A stretch of 63,756 nt of DNA, the filler included, from Choristocarpus tenellus KU-1152 (Eukaryota > Protista > Phaeophyceae), in NCBI GenBank assembly GCA_964200185.2. It is 10 parts of 10 records of this genome, joined end to end, with 100 filler letters (N's around TTAATTAATTAA, not from the genome) between each part and the next. Parts side by side here need not be neighbours in the genome. Positions count along the whole stretch, not along the records: positions 1 to 5,178 come from CAXNAD020011601.1; positions 5,279 to 9,964 come from CAXNAD020013471.1; positions 10,065 to 26,284 come from CAXNAD020000857.1; 7 more parts are not named here. One strand, given 5' to 3'. The notes under the pieces were generated by a model. That model did no database searches and was not told the DNA's origin. It was given only the letters and a program-made list of their open reading frames with translations. Position numbers and translations under genes: made by a program. Within the stretch, counting starts at the first letter, position 1, and each line of letters begins with the position of its first letter. Positions 1-11,734 of the stretch are shown one piece after another.

Positions 1-729
1 CCGACCACCCGATCGCCCGTCCGCCCTGCCCCCCCCACCACACATACACTCGCAACAGGCACCTGCCAGCACACAGAGGCAAAGAGCCAGAGATCCAGAG
101 AGCCAGAGAGGGCGGCAAGAAGAACAAAATTGATCATTGTGCCAAATAACTCCCCCTACACCACAACCACGGAAGGGGGAACGGGACAGGATGCGCAACC
201 CTCCTTGGTAAAAAACCCTACAACTTCGCAAAATTTACAGCTGTCTCGGACACCGAGAAACTGGGCAAACCACACCGAACAACCCACCGCAGGCGACCAA
301 CCAGCACGTGCAAACAACCGCAACAGATAACCAACCAAGCACACACACACGAAACCGCAGAAAATAATACATTAAAAATATTTTTTAAAAGAACGCACAC
401 AGCAGGTCACGACCATGCACTGCAAGTACCCCTCTCTGCGCCCATACACCTCTACCCTTCAAACACATCCACCACACCACATGCCACGCGCGAAAGGCCG
501 AGCCGCGGCCCCAGGAACCTGCCACGAAACCCGCAACGAACGAAACAGAATGACGCTGCAAACAAGCAAATGTGTCTTTAACATGCAAAACTACATGCGT
601 GTACCGCATCATCTCACCCGAATACACCACCCTCAACCTATAAACCAAGCCTTACAGGTACAATCTCCCACGCACGATTCCGAAAACGTCACGACGGGAT
701 TCATACTCCACACGAGCAGAAAACACGAC

Positions 730-924
730 CCCAGCGCACCAACACCACAACCCACAAGCGCCCCGTCACCCCATCACCCCCATGCGCATGACAGCCCATG
801 CTGACCTGTGCACTAGGGAGACGCGTGCCCAGCACACCAACACCACAACCCACAAACGCCCCGTCGCCCCGTCGCCCCCATGCGCATGACAGCCCATGCT
901 GACCTGCGCACTAGGGAGACGCGT
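730..924 (+). repeat. Tandem duplication, 2 x ~98 bp
   Basis: cccagc(g/a)caccaacaccacaacccac...gcactagggagacgcgt at 730-826 and 828-924. Confidence 0.9.
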
Positions 925-2285
925 CCTCCTTAGTGAACGTCCTCACACACAAGACCACTCCTTGAACAAACACCACACACACCCTACCACAACATCCCTT
1001 GCAACCCCCCACGTCCCATACAACTAAGCAAGGACTTATCATCATGAGTTCTGGAGCACAGGATTTGTCCTATTCCTTTGTTGTCATATTTCAAAAATGG
1101 ATTAAACCTTCCCCTCACGGGCATATATACAACAACCGCGAAGATCATTCGATTGGTCCACTCTCATCGGCGATAAAAGCATGTTCTACCCTGCCAAATA
1201 TCTCTATGGTTCCTCCCATGAACCCCTGCAGGATAGCATAGAACCGCATGAGAAAGGAGTGAGAAATGAGAATATTTAGGGATGTCCTCTTGATTCTATT
1301 TCCCCAAAACAATTAAGGATAAGGTGTAAGTGTGATATGATATCTAAGGGCTTCTTGTCTAGGTTGGGAAACACCAAAGAAACCGTAAAACCTAGTACAC
1401 GACTTAACAATAGCAAAAGGTCAACAAGCCAAGAGTTGCCACAAGCAGGACATGTAACAACTGTTGCATCTGCTCTTTCTTTCTCTTCGCAACCTCTTTT
1501 GGGCGTGAGTGAAGTTTCATTTCAACCCCAAATGTATTGTTCCATTTTTTCATACCGCTGGCACACATCAGCCATCCAACATTATTCTAACTCACCTCGC
1601 GTGCTGAATGATTTGCCTCGCCACATACAAATCCCTGGGTATATAGATAATGAACCTCTAATGAGCATTACTGTGGATACTGCCACCGATGTTCCAGTAA
1701 TTCAACTCAGATACATTCAGGCCCACCCATCTCTTTGCAAGGCACCCATTTGTGATATTCCAGCAGGCGCTCTGAATTTAAAAGGAGCAGGCGGTAGACC
1801 ATTATCTGTGAATGGTTTCATTCAATTTTAGTTACAACTTGGTGACATATCAATGTCAGTTCAAGCAGTTGTCATACCTAACTCGGGAGTAGATGAAATT
1901 TTGTTGGATAAGAGCATCATATCAGCTTTTGGGGCAGTGCTAAATTGGGATAAAGAGGAATTGCCCATTAAAGACAGCGATATATGCATTCCACCAACTC
2001 ACAAAATTATACCACTTCCCGTCTGTTCCCCCCCAAGACATGTTTGTCGGACTGAAAATCCATCACCTCATATTTCAGTTTCAGTGATCACATCTGAGGT
2101 CACTGCACCAGTGCTTACAGAAAAAATATATACCTTCCCCCTGGCATGGAAACACTTGTCCCAGTTTGTTCTCAGGCACTCAGAGGAACATCTACTGATG
2201 CAGTGGTGGAACTTATCATTTATACTGGAACAGACCTTCGGGAAGGGGACTACGTATGTTGAAGAGTTGATGTGCCCAAGACTTG

Positions 2286-2652
2286 TGTATGTAGATGACT
2301 CGATTAATTCCTTATTGTGCGGAACAGGTTGTACATGAACTAAGGAAGGTTTAAGGAAGGAGTGTGAACCTCAAAGTTCAAAAGGGGGTTGTCACCTTAC
2401 CATTCATATTCTAATAACACGCCACTCATTCTCTGTGCCACTTGCTACACCCTTCATGCGTCACACTCACTTCACAAGTCACTCAATCTCTGTGTTGTAC
2501 TATAATAACCCGGATAATATTCTCATGATTACTCAACAGAAAAACTTTCCTATCAATTATCTCGTTATCGAAACAATACCCAACAACTGATTATTTATCT
2601 TACAAAAACTCCTTTTACACATGAATAAAAAGCATATTCTTAACAACGTACA
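2286..2652. mobile_element. Possible solo-LTR-like insertion in the Gypsy relic
   Basis: ~370-bp non-coding block that interrupts pol-like sequence, bounded by TGTATGT...ACGTACA. No clean TSD. Confidence 0.3.
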
Positions 2653-2950
2653 CCCCCACTGGCCACATATTATGGTCAGTTGAACCCTCGCTGCTGGAAG
2701 GAAAATGGAGGATGTTTAGTCAAAATTGCCAATTATCTCAAAAAGAGGGATCAAGCTTCCAGCGAATTTGTAGTTGGCAATATATCCCCTGTGTCGAGCA
2801 CACATTCCCTTTCATATGTTACCACAAGTTCAGCTGCAGCCACACCCTCTACTCCTGAAGAACTGAGAAAAGCTAGGGACGATTTGAAGAACGTTTTTCT
2901 CAGAAGGTCTTTGCAAACACACAACTGACGTGTTCTGAACAAGAGGAACA

Positions 2951-3207
2951 GAGCCAAAGTATCTTAGAGGGTAGAGTCGCGTCCATTTGGGGACCAAATC
3001 CAATGTTGCGATTTCGATGTAATTTTGTCTATCGTGTTTGTTAGGAAGTGCCAATATCCTTGTTCTGGACACACCTTTTCATAGCATATACATTTTACCT
3101 GCTCTGATTTTTTTTCGAGTAGGAAAATGTCATACGAACCCCAATGGAAACCAAGCCCCAAATGGACAAAGAGGGCAAAATTCGTACCCTCTAAGTTACT
3201 TTCACTC
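2951..3207 (+). mobile_element. MITE family A, copy 1
   Basis: TIRs GAGCCAAAGTATCTTAGAGGGTA / TACCCTCTAAGTTACTTTCACTC; TSD AACA. Removal gives the frame EQEEQLDIVDKYRPVFSL. Confidence 0.95.
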
Positions 3208-3491
3208 AACAACTAGATATTGTGGATAAATACAGACCAGTCTTTTCACTATCTGAAAAAGAATTAGGTTGTTGCACCACTACTTCTGTTGAACGTTCCA
3301 TTACAAGCAGGCACTAAACCGGTTAGTAGACCGCCGTATCACGTGGCACCAAAAACTCTTGACACCATTCATCAATGTGCAACTAATATGAAAAAATAGG
3401 TCATTAAAAAACCTTCATCTAGCCCATGGGCATCCCCTGTTGCCATTGTTGCAAAACCTGATGGATGGGTCTCTCCGTTTCTGTGTAGACT

Positions 3492-3745
3492 GAGCCAAAG
3501 TATCTTAGAGGGTAGAGCCGTGTCCATTTGGAGACCAAAATCCAATGTTGCGATTTTGGTGTTGGCTATTGTGTTTGCTAGGAAGTGTCAATATCCATAT
3601 TCTGGACACATCATTTCATAATGCATATATTTTACCTACTCCGAAATATTTTGGAGTAGAAAAATGTCATAAAAAAAAACATGGGAAGCCAAGGCCCAAA
3701 TGGACAAACAGGGCAAAATTCGCACCCTCTAAGATACTTTCGCTC
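3492..3745 (+). mobile_element. MITE family A, copy 2
   Basis: Same TIRs; TSD GACT/GATT. Removal restores the RT motif RFCVDFRGTINK. Confidence 0.95.
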
Positions 3746-4523
3746 GATTTTAGAGGAACCATAAATAAACATTTGATACCCAACTCATGACCCTTACCGT
3801 CCATGGATGAGTGTATATCCACTTTTGAGGGTTCCAATTATTTATCTCATCTAGATATCCAATCTGCCTATTGGCAATTACCATTAACTGAGGAAGGTCA
3901 ACGACAAGAGGCTGCATTCATCACACCAGATGGGAAATATATGAGTTTCAGAGAGGTTACCATTTTGAGTTCAAAACGCGCTGTGGATCTTCCAACGCTT
4001 CATGTCTGATTTTTATTACAATCGGTCCTACCTCTGGGTTAGGGTTAGGGTTAGACGACTCTCCATCTTGGGCACACCACAAACAGTTAATCACTACATT
4101 GCTGTCAACGTTACAAACTGTAGGTGTTACGTTATAGCCATCCAAGGCTCAATTTGGCTCAAAGCTGATCCATTATCTGGGACATGATGTTAGCCTACCA
4201 TGAATAGCTATATCACAAGCTCGTGTTAAAGCTATTTAGAAATGCATCCCCTCAAACTGGAAAAGGTCTACAACCTTTCTTAGCTTCTATGAACTATGGG
4301 AGGAAGTACATTCCTCACCTAGCAACAGCAACAGAACCATTGGTTGAGTTGATTCGTCATACACAAGAGGGAAGTACAAAAAAGAGTACGCGCCACCCCA
4401 AAGAAATAAATAATGATAGAAGTGATATCTCATCTAGATGGGATCGGCCACAGCAAACTGTCTTTGACAAGCACAAACGACTTCTAACCATTGGCTCCAG
4501 CTCTACACTTCCATGAATTTTCG

Positions 4524-4786
4524 GAGTCAAAGTATCTTAGAGGGTAGATAGAGCAATGTCCATTTGGGGGCCAAAATCCAGTGTTGCAATTTTGATGTAA
4601 TTCTTGCTATTGTGTTTGTTAGCAAGTGTCAATATCCTTGTTTCGGACACAACTTTTCTTAACGTACACATTTTACCTAATCCGAAGCATTTTGGAGTAG
4701 GTTCAATGTCATGAAAAACCTATGGGAAGCCAAGCCCCCAACGGACAAACAGAGCAAAACTCATACCCTCTAAGTTACTTTCACTC
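4524..4786 (+). mobile_element. MITE family A, copy 3
   Basis: GAGTCAAAGTATCTTAGAGGGTA...TACCCTCTAAGTTACTTTCACTC; TSD decayed. Confidence 0.93.
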
Positions 4787-5003
4787 CCAACGGAATTTTT
4801 TATGTATGTAGATGCCACAAATGTTGGGACATGACGGCAATTTTGATAGAATTCCATACCATAGTGCCTACCTACCCCCTCCCTCAGAAATATTCCGCCA
4901 ATAATATCCGTCTCAAGACATGGAACGTTGTATGAAAACCCTACTTGAACAAGAAGGAAGCCCTTGTTTAGATAGTGAGGTCGGAGGACATAGGGCTTGC
5001 ATT

Positions 5004-5157
5004 GACCCATAGTATCTGGGGGGGGGGGGGGTCTACACCAAAGTGTCCATTTGGACCAACACCAGGAAAAGTGCACTTTCATTATCAATCCAACGTATGG
5101 AACCAATCAGCCAAAAATCGCGACATGAAAAATTTAGCTCCAAATGGACAGTCACCA
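5004..5157 (+). mobile_element. MITE family B, truncated by the contig end
   Basis: GACCCATAGTATCTG(G)n GTCTACACC...AAATCGCGACATGAAAAATTT...CCAAATGGACAG, matching 37619-37791. Confidence 0.88.
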
Positions 5158-5178
5158 TTACCTCCTTTTATCACATTC

Positions 5179-5278
5179 NNNNNNNNNNNNNNNNNNNNNN
5201 NNNNNNNNNNNNNNNNNNNNNNTTAATTAATTAANNNNNNNNNNNNNNNNNNNNNNNNNNNNNNNNNNNNNNNNNNNN
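5179..5278. other. Artificial contig spacer; the same spacer recurs at 9965-10064, 26285-26384, 33542-33641, 37024-37123, 40684-40783, 44623-44722, 52383-52482, 57275-57374
   Basis: Identical 100-bp block (44 N + TTAATTAATTAA + 44 N) with a six-frame stop linker occurs 9 times. Confidence 0.99.
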
Positions 5279-5279
5279 T

Positions 5280-5453
5280 AAAATTACTATCACAGGTATT
5301 GAAAATATTCGTATGATTCAGAAAGGACAAATTATTGGAGCAGATACTCATCGTTATGCTTTTGAGAATTTTAAAACACTCATGGCATCATAATACCTGA
5401 AATCTAAGATTCCCGTGGCTTTAACGGATATTCTAAACAGATGCGACAGAACC
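5280..5453 (+). mobile_element. Bacterial IS6-family element, right end (transposase C-terminus plus terminal IR)
   Basis: 5280-5393 reads KITITGIENIRMIQKGQIIGADTHRYAFENFKTLMAS*, matching the IS6 C-terminal motif TIxGIExxxMIxKGQ. TGCGACAGAACC at 5442-5453 is the reverse complement of an IS6-type IR, GGTTCTGTCGCA. Confidence 0.85.
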
Positions 5454-5454
5454 T

Positions 5455-5630
5455 GATAGATCACAGGTTAAAGATCTGACCAAAAATATCAAAACCAAAG
5501 AATTACTCGGTGATCCAGGGTATGATGGAGAAAATATATACAGGATGTTACGCAAAAAGGGCATCAAGCCAACTATTTGTCCGCCAAATAATCTGGCCAC
5601 TCAAGAGGCAAAAACCAAACGTCAGATAAG
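5455..5630 (+). pseudogene. Bacterial IS5-family (IS903-like) DDE transposase fragment
   Basis: Open frame DRSQVKDLTKNIKTKELLGDPGYDGENIYRMLRKKGIKPTICPPNN, containing the IS4/IS5 (A/G)DxGYD catalytic motif followed by GIxxxIxP. Confidence 0.75.
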
Positions 5631-5709
5631 CCTGCCTGTTCGTGTCCGCTGTTCTCAAAATCTCGGCACCTCTGTTCAGTGTCATACCTCGTTCATCACC
5701 AACCACAAC

Positions 5710-5808
5710 TAATTTTCTACTAACCGCAAATAACTTTCTACTAACCGCAAATAATTTTTCTACTAACCGCAAATAACTTTCTACTAACCGCAAATAAATT
5801 TCTACTAA
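5710..5808 (+). repeat. 21-22 bp minisatellite, ~4.5 copies
   Basis: (tttctactaaccgcaaataa[c/t/a])n. Confidence 0.9.
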
Positions 5809-6300
5809 TGGTATCACAATCATCTAGAGACACAACGAGTCATTCCATACAACAGTTGAAACGGAAATAGTAATGATAATTATAATAATATAGTAATAAA
5901 TAAAATTACAATTTAATGTGATACATAGTAATAAATAAAATTAAAATTTAATGTGCTATATCGTACTTCGGATGACACTATAAAAGTACACTATATAATA
6001 GGATGGCATTATAAAACATCACACTATATAATAGTATGAGATACCCTAGATGTCCCTAGCTCACCCCCCCGGGGCACAGGAGTTGTAGGTAGATGGGAAG
6101 CACAGGAAGAGAGCAGCACAATATTTGATGGTGGTCAAGTAACTGATAGATTAGTGGTTTCCACACTTACAATGTTTGATAGTGTTCTTATGTTTAGGAT
6201 ATTTTATTTCTTTAGGGCTAATAACGACATCTGTATAGTTTTCATTGGTTTTCCCCCCTGAAACATCTGACACAAAATGCGAGAGGGCATAAAAAATAAA

Positions 6301-6395
6301 TAGTATGAGATTATAAAGTATTACACTATATAATAGTATGAGATTATAAAGTATTACACTATATAATAGTATGAGATTATAAAGCATTACACTAT
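6301..6395 (+). repeat. 33-bp tandem repeat, ~3 copies (partial copies at ~5975-6045)
   Basis: tagtatgagattataaagtattacactatataa. Confidence 0.85.
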
Positions 6396-6532
6396 GTAAC
6401 AGTACCACCAAAGAAAATATCATTTTAGTTTCTTCCCTCTCCATCTTAGAAATACCAGGTTGTTCACTACTCTTCCATTTAAGCAAAATAGTAATAACAA
6501 TACTACTACTACTACTAATATACAAAGGGCAT

Positions 6533-6625
6533 TATTAATAGCTAACAGATTACAAACATCAATATTAATAGCTAACAGATTACAAACATTAATATTAATA
6601 GCTAACAGATTACAAACATTATATT
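6533..6625 (+). repeat. 30-bp tandem repeat x3
   Basis: attaatagctaacagattacaaacat(c/t)aat. Confidence 0.9.
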
Positions 6626-6636
6626 ACAAACATCAC

Positions 6637-6721
6637 CTGTGCAATCTCCATTCGACTCTGCGCAACCGCCATCCTGACACCATCATGCTCACTCAGCTGC
6701 TTGCCAAACGCTGTGCGTTCC
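6637..6721 (-). CDS. Acyl-CoA dehydrogenase (ACAD10/ACAD11/IBR3-like), internal exon
   Basis: tag|G-ERTAFGKQLSEHDGVRMAVAQSRMEIAQ|gtgatg. Splices in phase 2 to exon 9687-9839 across intron 6722-9686. Confidence 0.9.
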
Positions 6722-8231
6722 CTATCCCCCCCCCCCAAAAAAAAAGAAAAAAGAAGCACAAAGACCGATCAGAACACCCATAAAATAAAAATATACATTG
6801 ACAAAGAAGAAATCAATGTGTAGAGAGTCAATTGTCGGGAGGTTGTTTCTCAGCAGAGATTGAAATATACATTGAATTGTCAATTGTCAATTGTCGTGTG
6901 TGCAGTGATTGAATGCGCATTTGGTGGAATGCTTGATGTGTTCCATCCATCACAACCATTGTCTCGATTGGTGGATGATACAGATAACCTAACCTACATC
7001 TTGTTATAATTTTTGATTTTGTGAATAACTTGCTCAAACGTGAGATTCAGAAACTACAAATATTATGTTATTGTTATGCCCTCTGTAGAAGAGTCAAGGC
7101 ACCAAGGCTCTCTGCAAAAGGGGGGTATTATTTTTAGCTGTGAACAATTTTGTTGGTAGTTTTTAATATCACAAATCAGCAATGACAATAAATATATTAT
7201 TATTTTCCATTGATACGTACAATACTATCAAAGTAAGCAGTCTATTGCACACCCTGTGTGAAAGTGAATCTTGCCAACATATACATATAAATATTGCTTT
7301 GATCTTCTGGTGGTCAGGGTTAGGGTCCAGTCTTGTACCTGTTCTTGGCATATTATAGTAAGAAAAAGAGTAACAAATGTCAAACAACCTGCACCAACAG
7401 GTGGTATATAATAATAATTATTGTCATTATTATTGATATCATTAATACTACTACAAAATGTAAAGATGTACAGACACCCTTTTTTGTTCTGATATTTGAA
7501 AAGGCACCAGGTCTTAAAATTACAAATCCGAAGTTTTTCCTAGATGCTTTTCCAGGCAGAGTGGTTCTAGTACATCAAAAAGTGTTGTTGGTCCATTATT
7601 GGTACTGCTGGGCCTCACTCATGTCCTTCTGTCCACAATACTACTAATACTGTTATTATGAACAAAAATAGTGTCTTGGTGTTACACAACCACAGCATCT
7701 TTATCCCTAACCCTATCCAGACATTTCACATATGCAATGTTTAAATAAGTATAGACAGTGAATTCAAAGAAAGGTAGAACAAATAAGTACTTCATAAAAT
7801 AATAATAATAACAATAATAATAATATTTTAGTTTTTGTGTGGTAGAACCCGTGATGACAGTTACAGCCCATAACTTCCCTCTCCCCCCCAAGACAAATGT
7901 TGACTAATGTTGACTAATCTGACATCACTAGTACCTCTACCAAGGAGAAGGGGGTACTCACCAATGCAACTAACTCACTAGCAATTGTAGATTGGTCACT
8001 CACAGATGAGAGGGGCAAACTGCAATACAACTGGGTGATGGTTCTTGATATGTAGACCCCCCAAAAAAGAAGCTTGATGTTCACTTAAAAAAAAAAGAAA
8101 AGAAAAGGATGGAGTAATAATACACTATTACAAAAACAAAATTATCATTGTATATGGCAGTTTATTCTTAGGAATAAGTATGCAACGGCAAATTCTAAAA
8201 ATGTTTTCAGTGTCTTTGGCAGTACGGTTTG

Positions 8232-8275
8232 GTATGATATGATATGATATGATATGATATGATATGATATGATAT
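8232..8275 (+). repeat. (GATAT)n microsatellite
   Basis: Read directly. Confidence 0.9.
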
Positions 8276-9686
8276 CGTTTTTTAACAACAATGAAATGGT
8301 TGACGGTACACATAAAATTAGTTACACCGAGCGAGGTAAAAGCATAGCGTTATAAAGATCCGCCGACCTCCAATATACTTTCTCGACAGAATTACACAAA
8401 GTTCCGACTCCTTCCATATACGGTTCTGTTTGAAACGTCGGTACAATAAAATAAATATCTTTTTTCGGAACACTTAAAAATCGTCATTATCTCATCATTA
8501 TTATTTTACTATTATAATAAATATTAAAGTTTATTATACACAGCGGCATCGACCATCAACCAAGGCTGGCATTTAGGAGGTAATAATAATAATAATAATA
8601 AATAAATTCCTTCATTCCTGTGATTGTCTTACCAATCAAAAACCGAAAGAGATAGTTTTTGATAAATTTTTTTCACTAGTGTGTATAGTGAGTACACGTC
8701 TTTCAATCAAAAATGTGCTCATAACTTTTATTAAAAAATCGATTTATTTTTATGTGCTCATAAACTTAAAAAAAAATCACAACAGTAAATGAAGGGGAGG
8801 GCACATCAATCTCTTAGTCTTTCTAATTAATATCACCAGTGAAATGTTGTACAATCTCACTCCCATCAGGTAATGTCCTTAACATAATTGCAATTAAAAA
8901 GAGCTGCCCAAAAAGAAGAGTTAATCTATCTTGCAGAAACAATGTTAATGATGCCAACATAAACAATATGCTAATAGAAGTAAAATGTTAGTAAGTCCAA
9001 TATAAACAATGTTAATTTTTTTTCTATACCTACAGTGCTGGCTGCCTGGTGCACTTTGCTGTTTCTGTATAGTTGACATCAGTTGTACCCCTTCCCCCCT
9101 CCTTTATTTATTTATTTCCTTTATTTATTTATTTCCTTTATTTAGGGAATAAAAAGAAAACTGATTGTTTTCAAGTGCAGATTATAATAATATACAATAC
9201 AACCATGCAATCCATCAGACTAAGATATATATGTAAAAATATATTACATGTTCCAAAGGCTATCCACACTCATGTGCTAATAAATAAATAATAAATATAA
9301 TTAAAATGTAATAGCAGTTAATTATAGTGATATGTAAGGTATGAGGTAAATAAAAAATCAACAAAGATACACAATAATAGAAAACATCAAAGGTACAGGA
9401 ATAACAAAAAAGCAAACAGAATAAAAAAACAATAATGAAATTGTTCAGTAAAAAAAAATAATAACGGTACAGGAACAACAATAAATAATAAAAAAACGAC
9501 GAGGTACGAGAATAGTCAAAAATAAGGCACAATAATAAAAAAACACCAAAGAGAAGGTACAAAAACAATAATAAATACTTCAGGTGAAAAAACACGAACC
9601 CATGGTAATAATAAAAAAAAAATCACCAAAAACAAAAAACATTTATTAAAAAATAAAATAATAATAATAACAATAATAATAATCAC

Positions 9687-9839
9687 CTGCTGCGCTCGAT
9701 ATGAGCGGATAGTGCCCTTTCCGCCATACCAACAGCCCGCATACAGTGGTGAACCCTACCAGGTCCCAACCGCCCCTGCGCAATCTCAAATCCTCGGCCC
9801 TCGCCCAGCACCATGTTATCAACCGGAACGTGGACATTG
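9687..9839 (-). CDS. Acyl-CoA dehydrogenase (ACAD10/ACAD11/IBR3-like), internal exon
   Basis: aag|[53 protein letters not shown]|gtgatt. [19 protein letters not shown] is the ACAD10/11 signature. Confidence 0.95.
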
Positions 9840-10064
9840 CTTGTGCAGGGGAGGGGGAGGGGGGGGGGGAGGGGGAGGGGGGTACCCCGACAGGAGAGAC
9901 CAAAAAATAAATAAATTCAAAATCAACACAGTAGAGATGAAGTTTATTTAAAAAAAAATGTATGNNNNNNNNNNNNNNNNNNNNNNNNNNNNNNNNNNNN
10001 NNNNNNNNTTAATTAATTAANNNNNNNNNNNNNNNNNNNNNNNNNNNNNNNNNNNNNNNNNNNN

Positions 10065-11348
10065 GGGGGCTCTGATCATCGGCATTATGGACAGCATGCC
10101 ACAGGTGTTTGCACAGCTGTCCAAAGCTCCAGACCTCACCTATGACCAACTCAAAAACGCCATTATCTCCTCCTCTTCATACATGACGACGGAGGTCACA
10201 GGGAAAACGACTAGGAGCTCGGGGGCTATGGCGCTCCACACGGGTGCAGGTACACCAACAGGGAGACGGGGGTCCGGGAGCGGCCTCGGTTCAAACCACT
10301 GTGCTTTCTGTCTCAAATTCAACCACAGATGGAAAGAGTGCCACTCGTACTTGGCTGGCAAAACTCCTGCTAAGTGCCCCCATGGGCTTGGTGCGGCGTG
10401 CAAATTACCATCATCACCGACCAGGGACCGGAGCAGCGGCGGCGAAGGCTGCGGCAAGGCTGATCGCCATGGCTTATCGGGGCGTTTCTGGCCATGAACG
10501 TGTCTGTAGGGGAGGATGTTTACAACAGGATGGTCAAGGCAGCGCTCCTGTCCTCATCTCAAGATTTGTCCAAGACCATCAGCTTCCTGTGCAACTTGAC
10601 AATGAGGAGGAACTGAATCCCACCATCTACTCCTATGCCAGCATTCTCGGCCAACTCATGTTTCTAGCAGGCATGACTCGCCCGGACCTGGCCAACAGCA
10701 TTCGTGAACTGGGGCACAGGGCGGCGTATCCATGCATGCGGCACTGGCGCGGACTGCAACATGTTCTGCGCTATGTAGCAGGGACACTGGACGTCTGCAT
10801 TCACTATGGTTGGGGGAGTAAAGATATGAACAGAGGAGACGGAGAGCTGTTGGTGAGGTATGGGGATTCCAACTGGGGCACCGACTCCCAAACACGCAGG
10901 AATGTCACAGGTTACCTACTATTGTTCAACGGATCGCCGATCACCTGGCGCTCCAAGCTTCAAGGCGACGTCACTCTCTCCGGCACGGAGGCAGGGTGGA
11001 CGGCAATGGCATACGGCATGCGCCACTGTATTTTCCTTCGAGGCATTCTGGGAGAGATCGGCGTAATACAAGATCAGACTCCCTGGTTCTGTGACAACTG
11101 TGGTGCTATCCAGGTGGACAGCATCGCAGGTTTCAACGGGAGAACGAAGCACGTGGTCATGAAGCTGAAGTGCGCCAGAGGATACATCGACCAAGGTCTG
11201 TTCCACGTAGAATACTTTCCAACATCAAAACAACTGGTTGACATTTTGACAAAGTCTTTGCGCACAAGCCTTCTGATTTTGTGTATTCCGTGCTTTCGCG
11301 TCGGGAGTGAGCTTCTTTCAGCAACTTTGCTACACGCTCATAGGGGAG
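10065..11348 (+). mobile_element. Internally deleted Ty1/Copia element (gag C-terminus joined to RT end/RNase H), ending in a PPT
   Basis: Zinc knuckle CAFCLKFNHRWKEC. At ~10565 it jumps to YASILGQLMFLAGMTRPDLA...YGDSNWG...SPITWRSKLQ...RTKHV...QLVDILTKSL. PPT AGGGGAG at 11342-11348. Confidence 0.92.
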
Positions 11349-11730
11349 TGTGCAATATAGGCTGGTAGTCTCTAGGTTTCTTTTGTGTTTGGTACCCAGT
11401 ATTATGTAACAGAAATATTGACTGAGTGGATCAATTATCAATCACTTTTTTCCGTACATTTAGAGTAATAGGTTTGAATCTGGACGAGTTGATTTCTTAT
11501 TGCTGCTTAATGTAAGAGGCTGACGCAGGACAAGTGACGTAGTAGTAGTGATGCAGAGCGAGTGACGTAGTGTGAGACTGACACAGACACGTTCTGATGT
11601 GTCTGCTGACGTGCGCAGCAGATAACGAGGCACAGCACCCCCCACCTCGAGAGATGGTGCTCACTCCGCTATTAAATTCATTCATACCACATAAAGCAGA
11701 AACTCTAATCGAACAGCTTCTTTTTGCACG
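11349..11730 (+). repeat. Copia LTR shared by two tandem units
   Basis: TGTGCAA...TTGCACG ends. PPT directly upstream and a PBS-like GATTATGAGCC (cf. copia GGTTATGGGCC) directly downstream. Homologous to 14058-14460. Confidence 0.88.
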
Positions 11731-11734
11731 GATT

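Larger units (their letters stand above)
1640..4830 (+). mobile_element. Degenerate Ty3/Gypsy pol (protease, RT, RT/RNase H linker) interrupted by three family-A MITEs
   Basis: Protease-like ITVDTATDV and EILLDKSIISAFGAVLNWD. RT motifs PVSRPPYHVAP, SSPWASPVAIVAKPDG, RFCVDFRGTINK (after removing the MITE), LSHLDIQSAYWQLPL, AAFITPDGKY, LDD, HYLGH. Linker APALHF...FFMYVDA. Many stops and frameshifts. Confidence 0.9.

Noticed and set aside
2964-3229. Recurrent short ORFs such as MLGSVNILVLDT... and FALFVHLGLGF...
   Set aside because: Chance translations of the non-coding family-A MITE, not a gene family.
5179-5278. TTAATTAATTAA palindrome between N runs, and ORFs ending in X...LIN
   Set aside because: Artificial concatenation linker.
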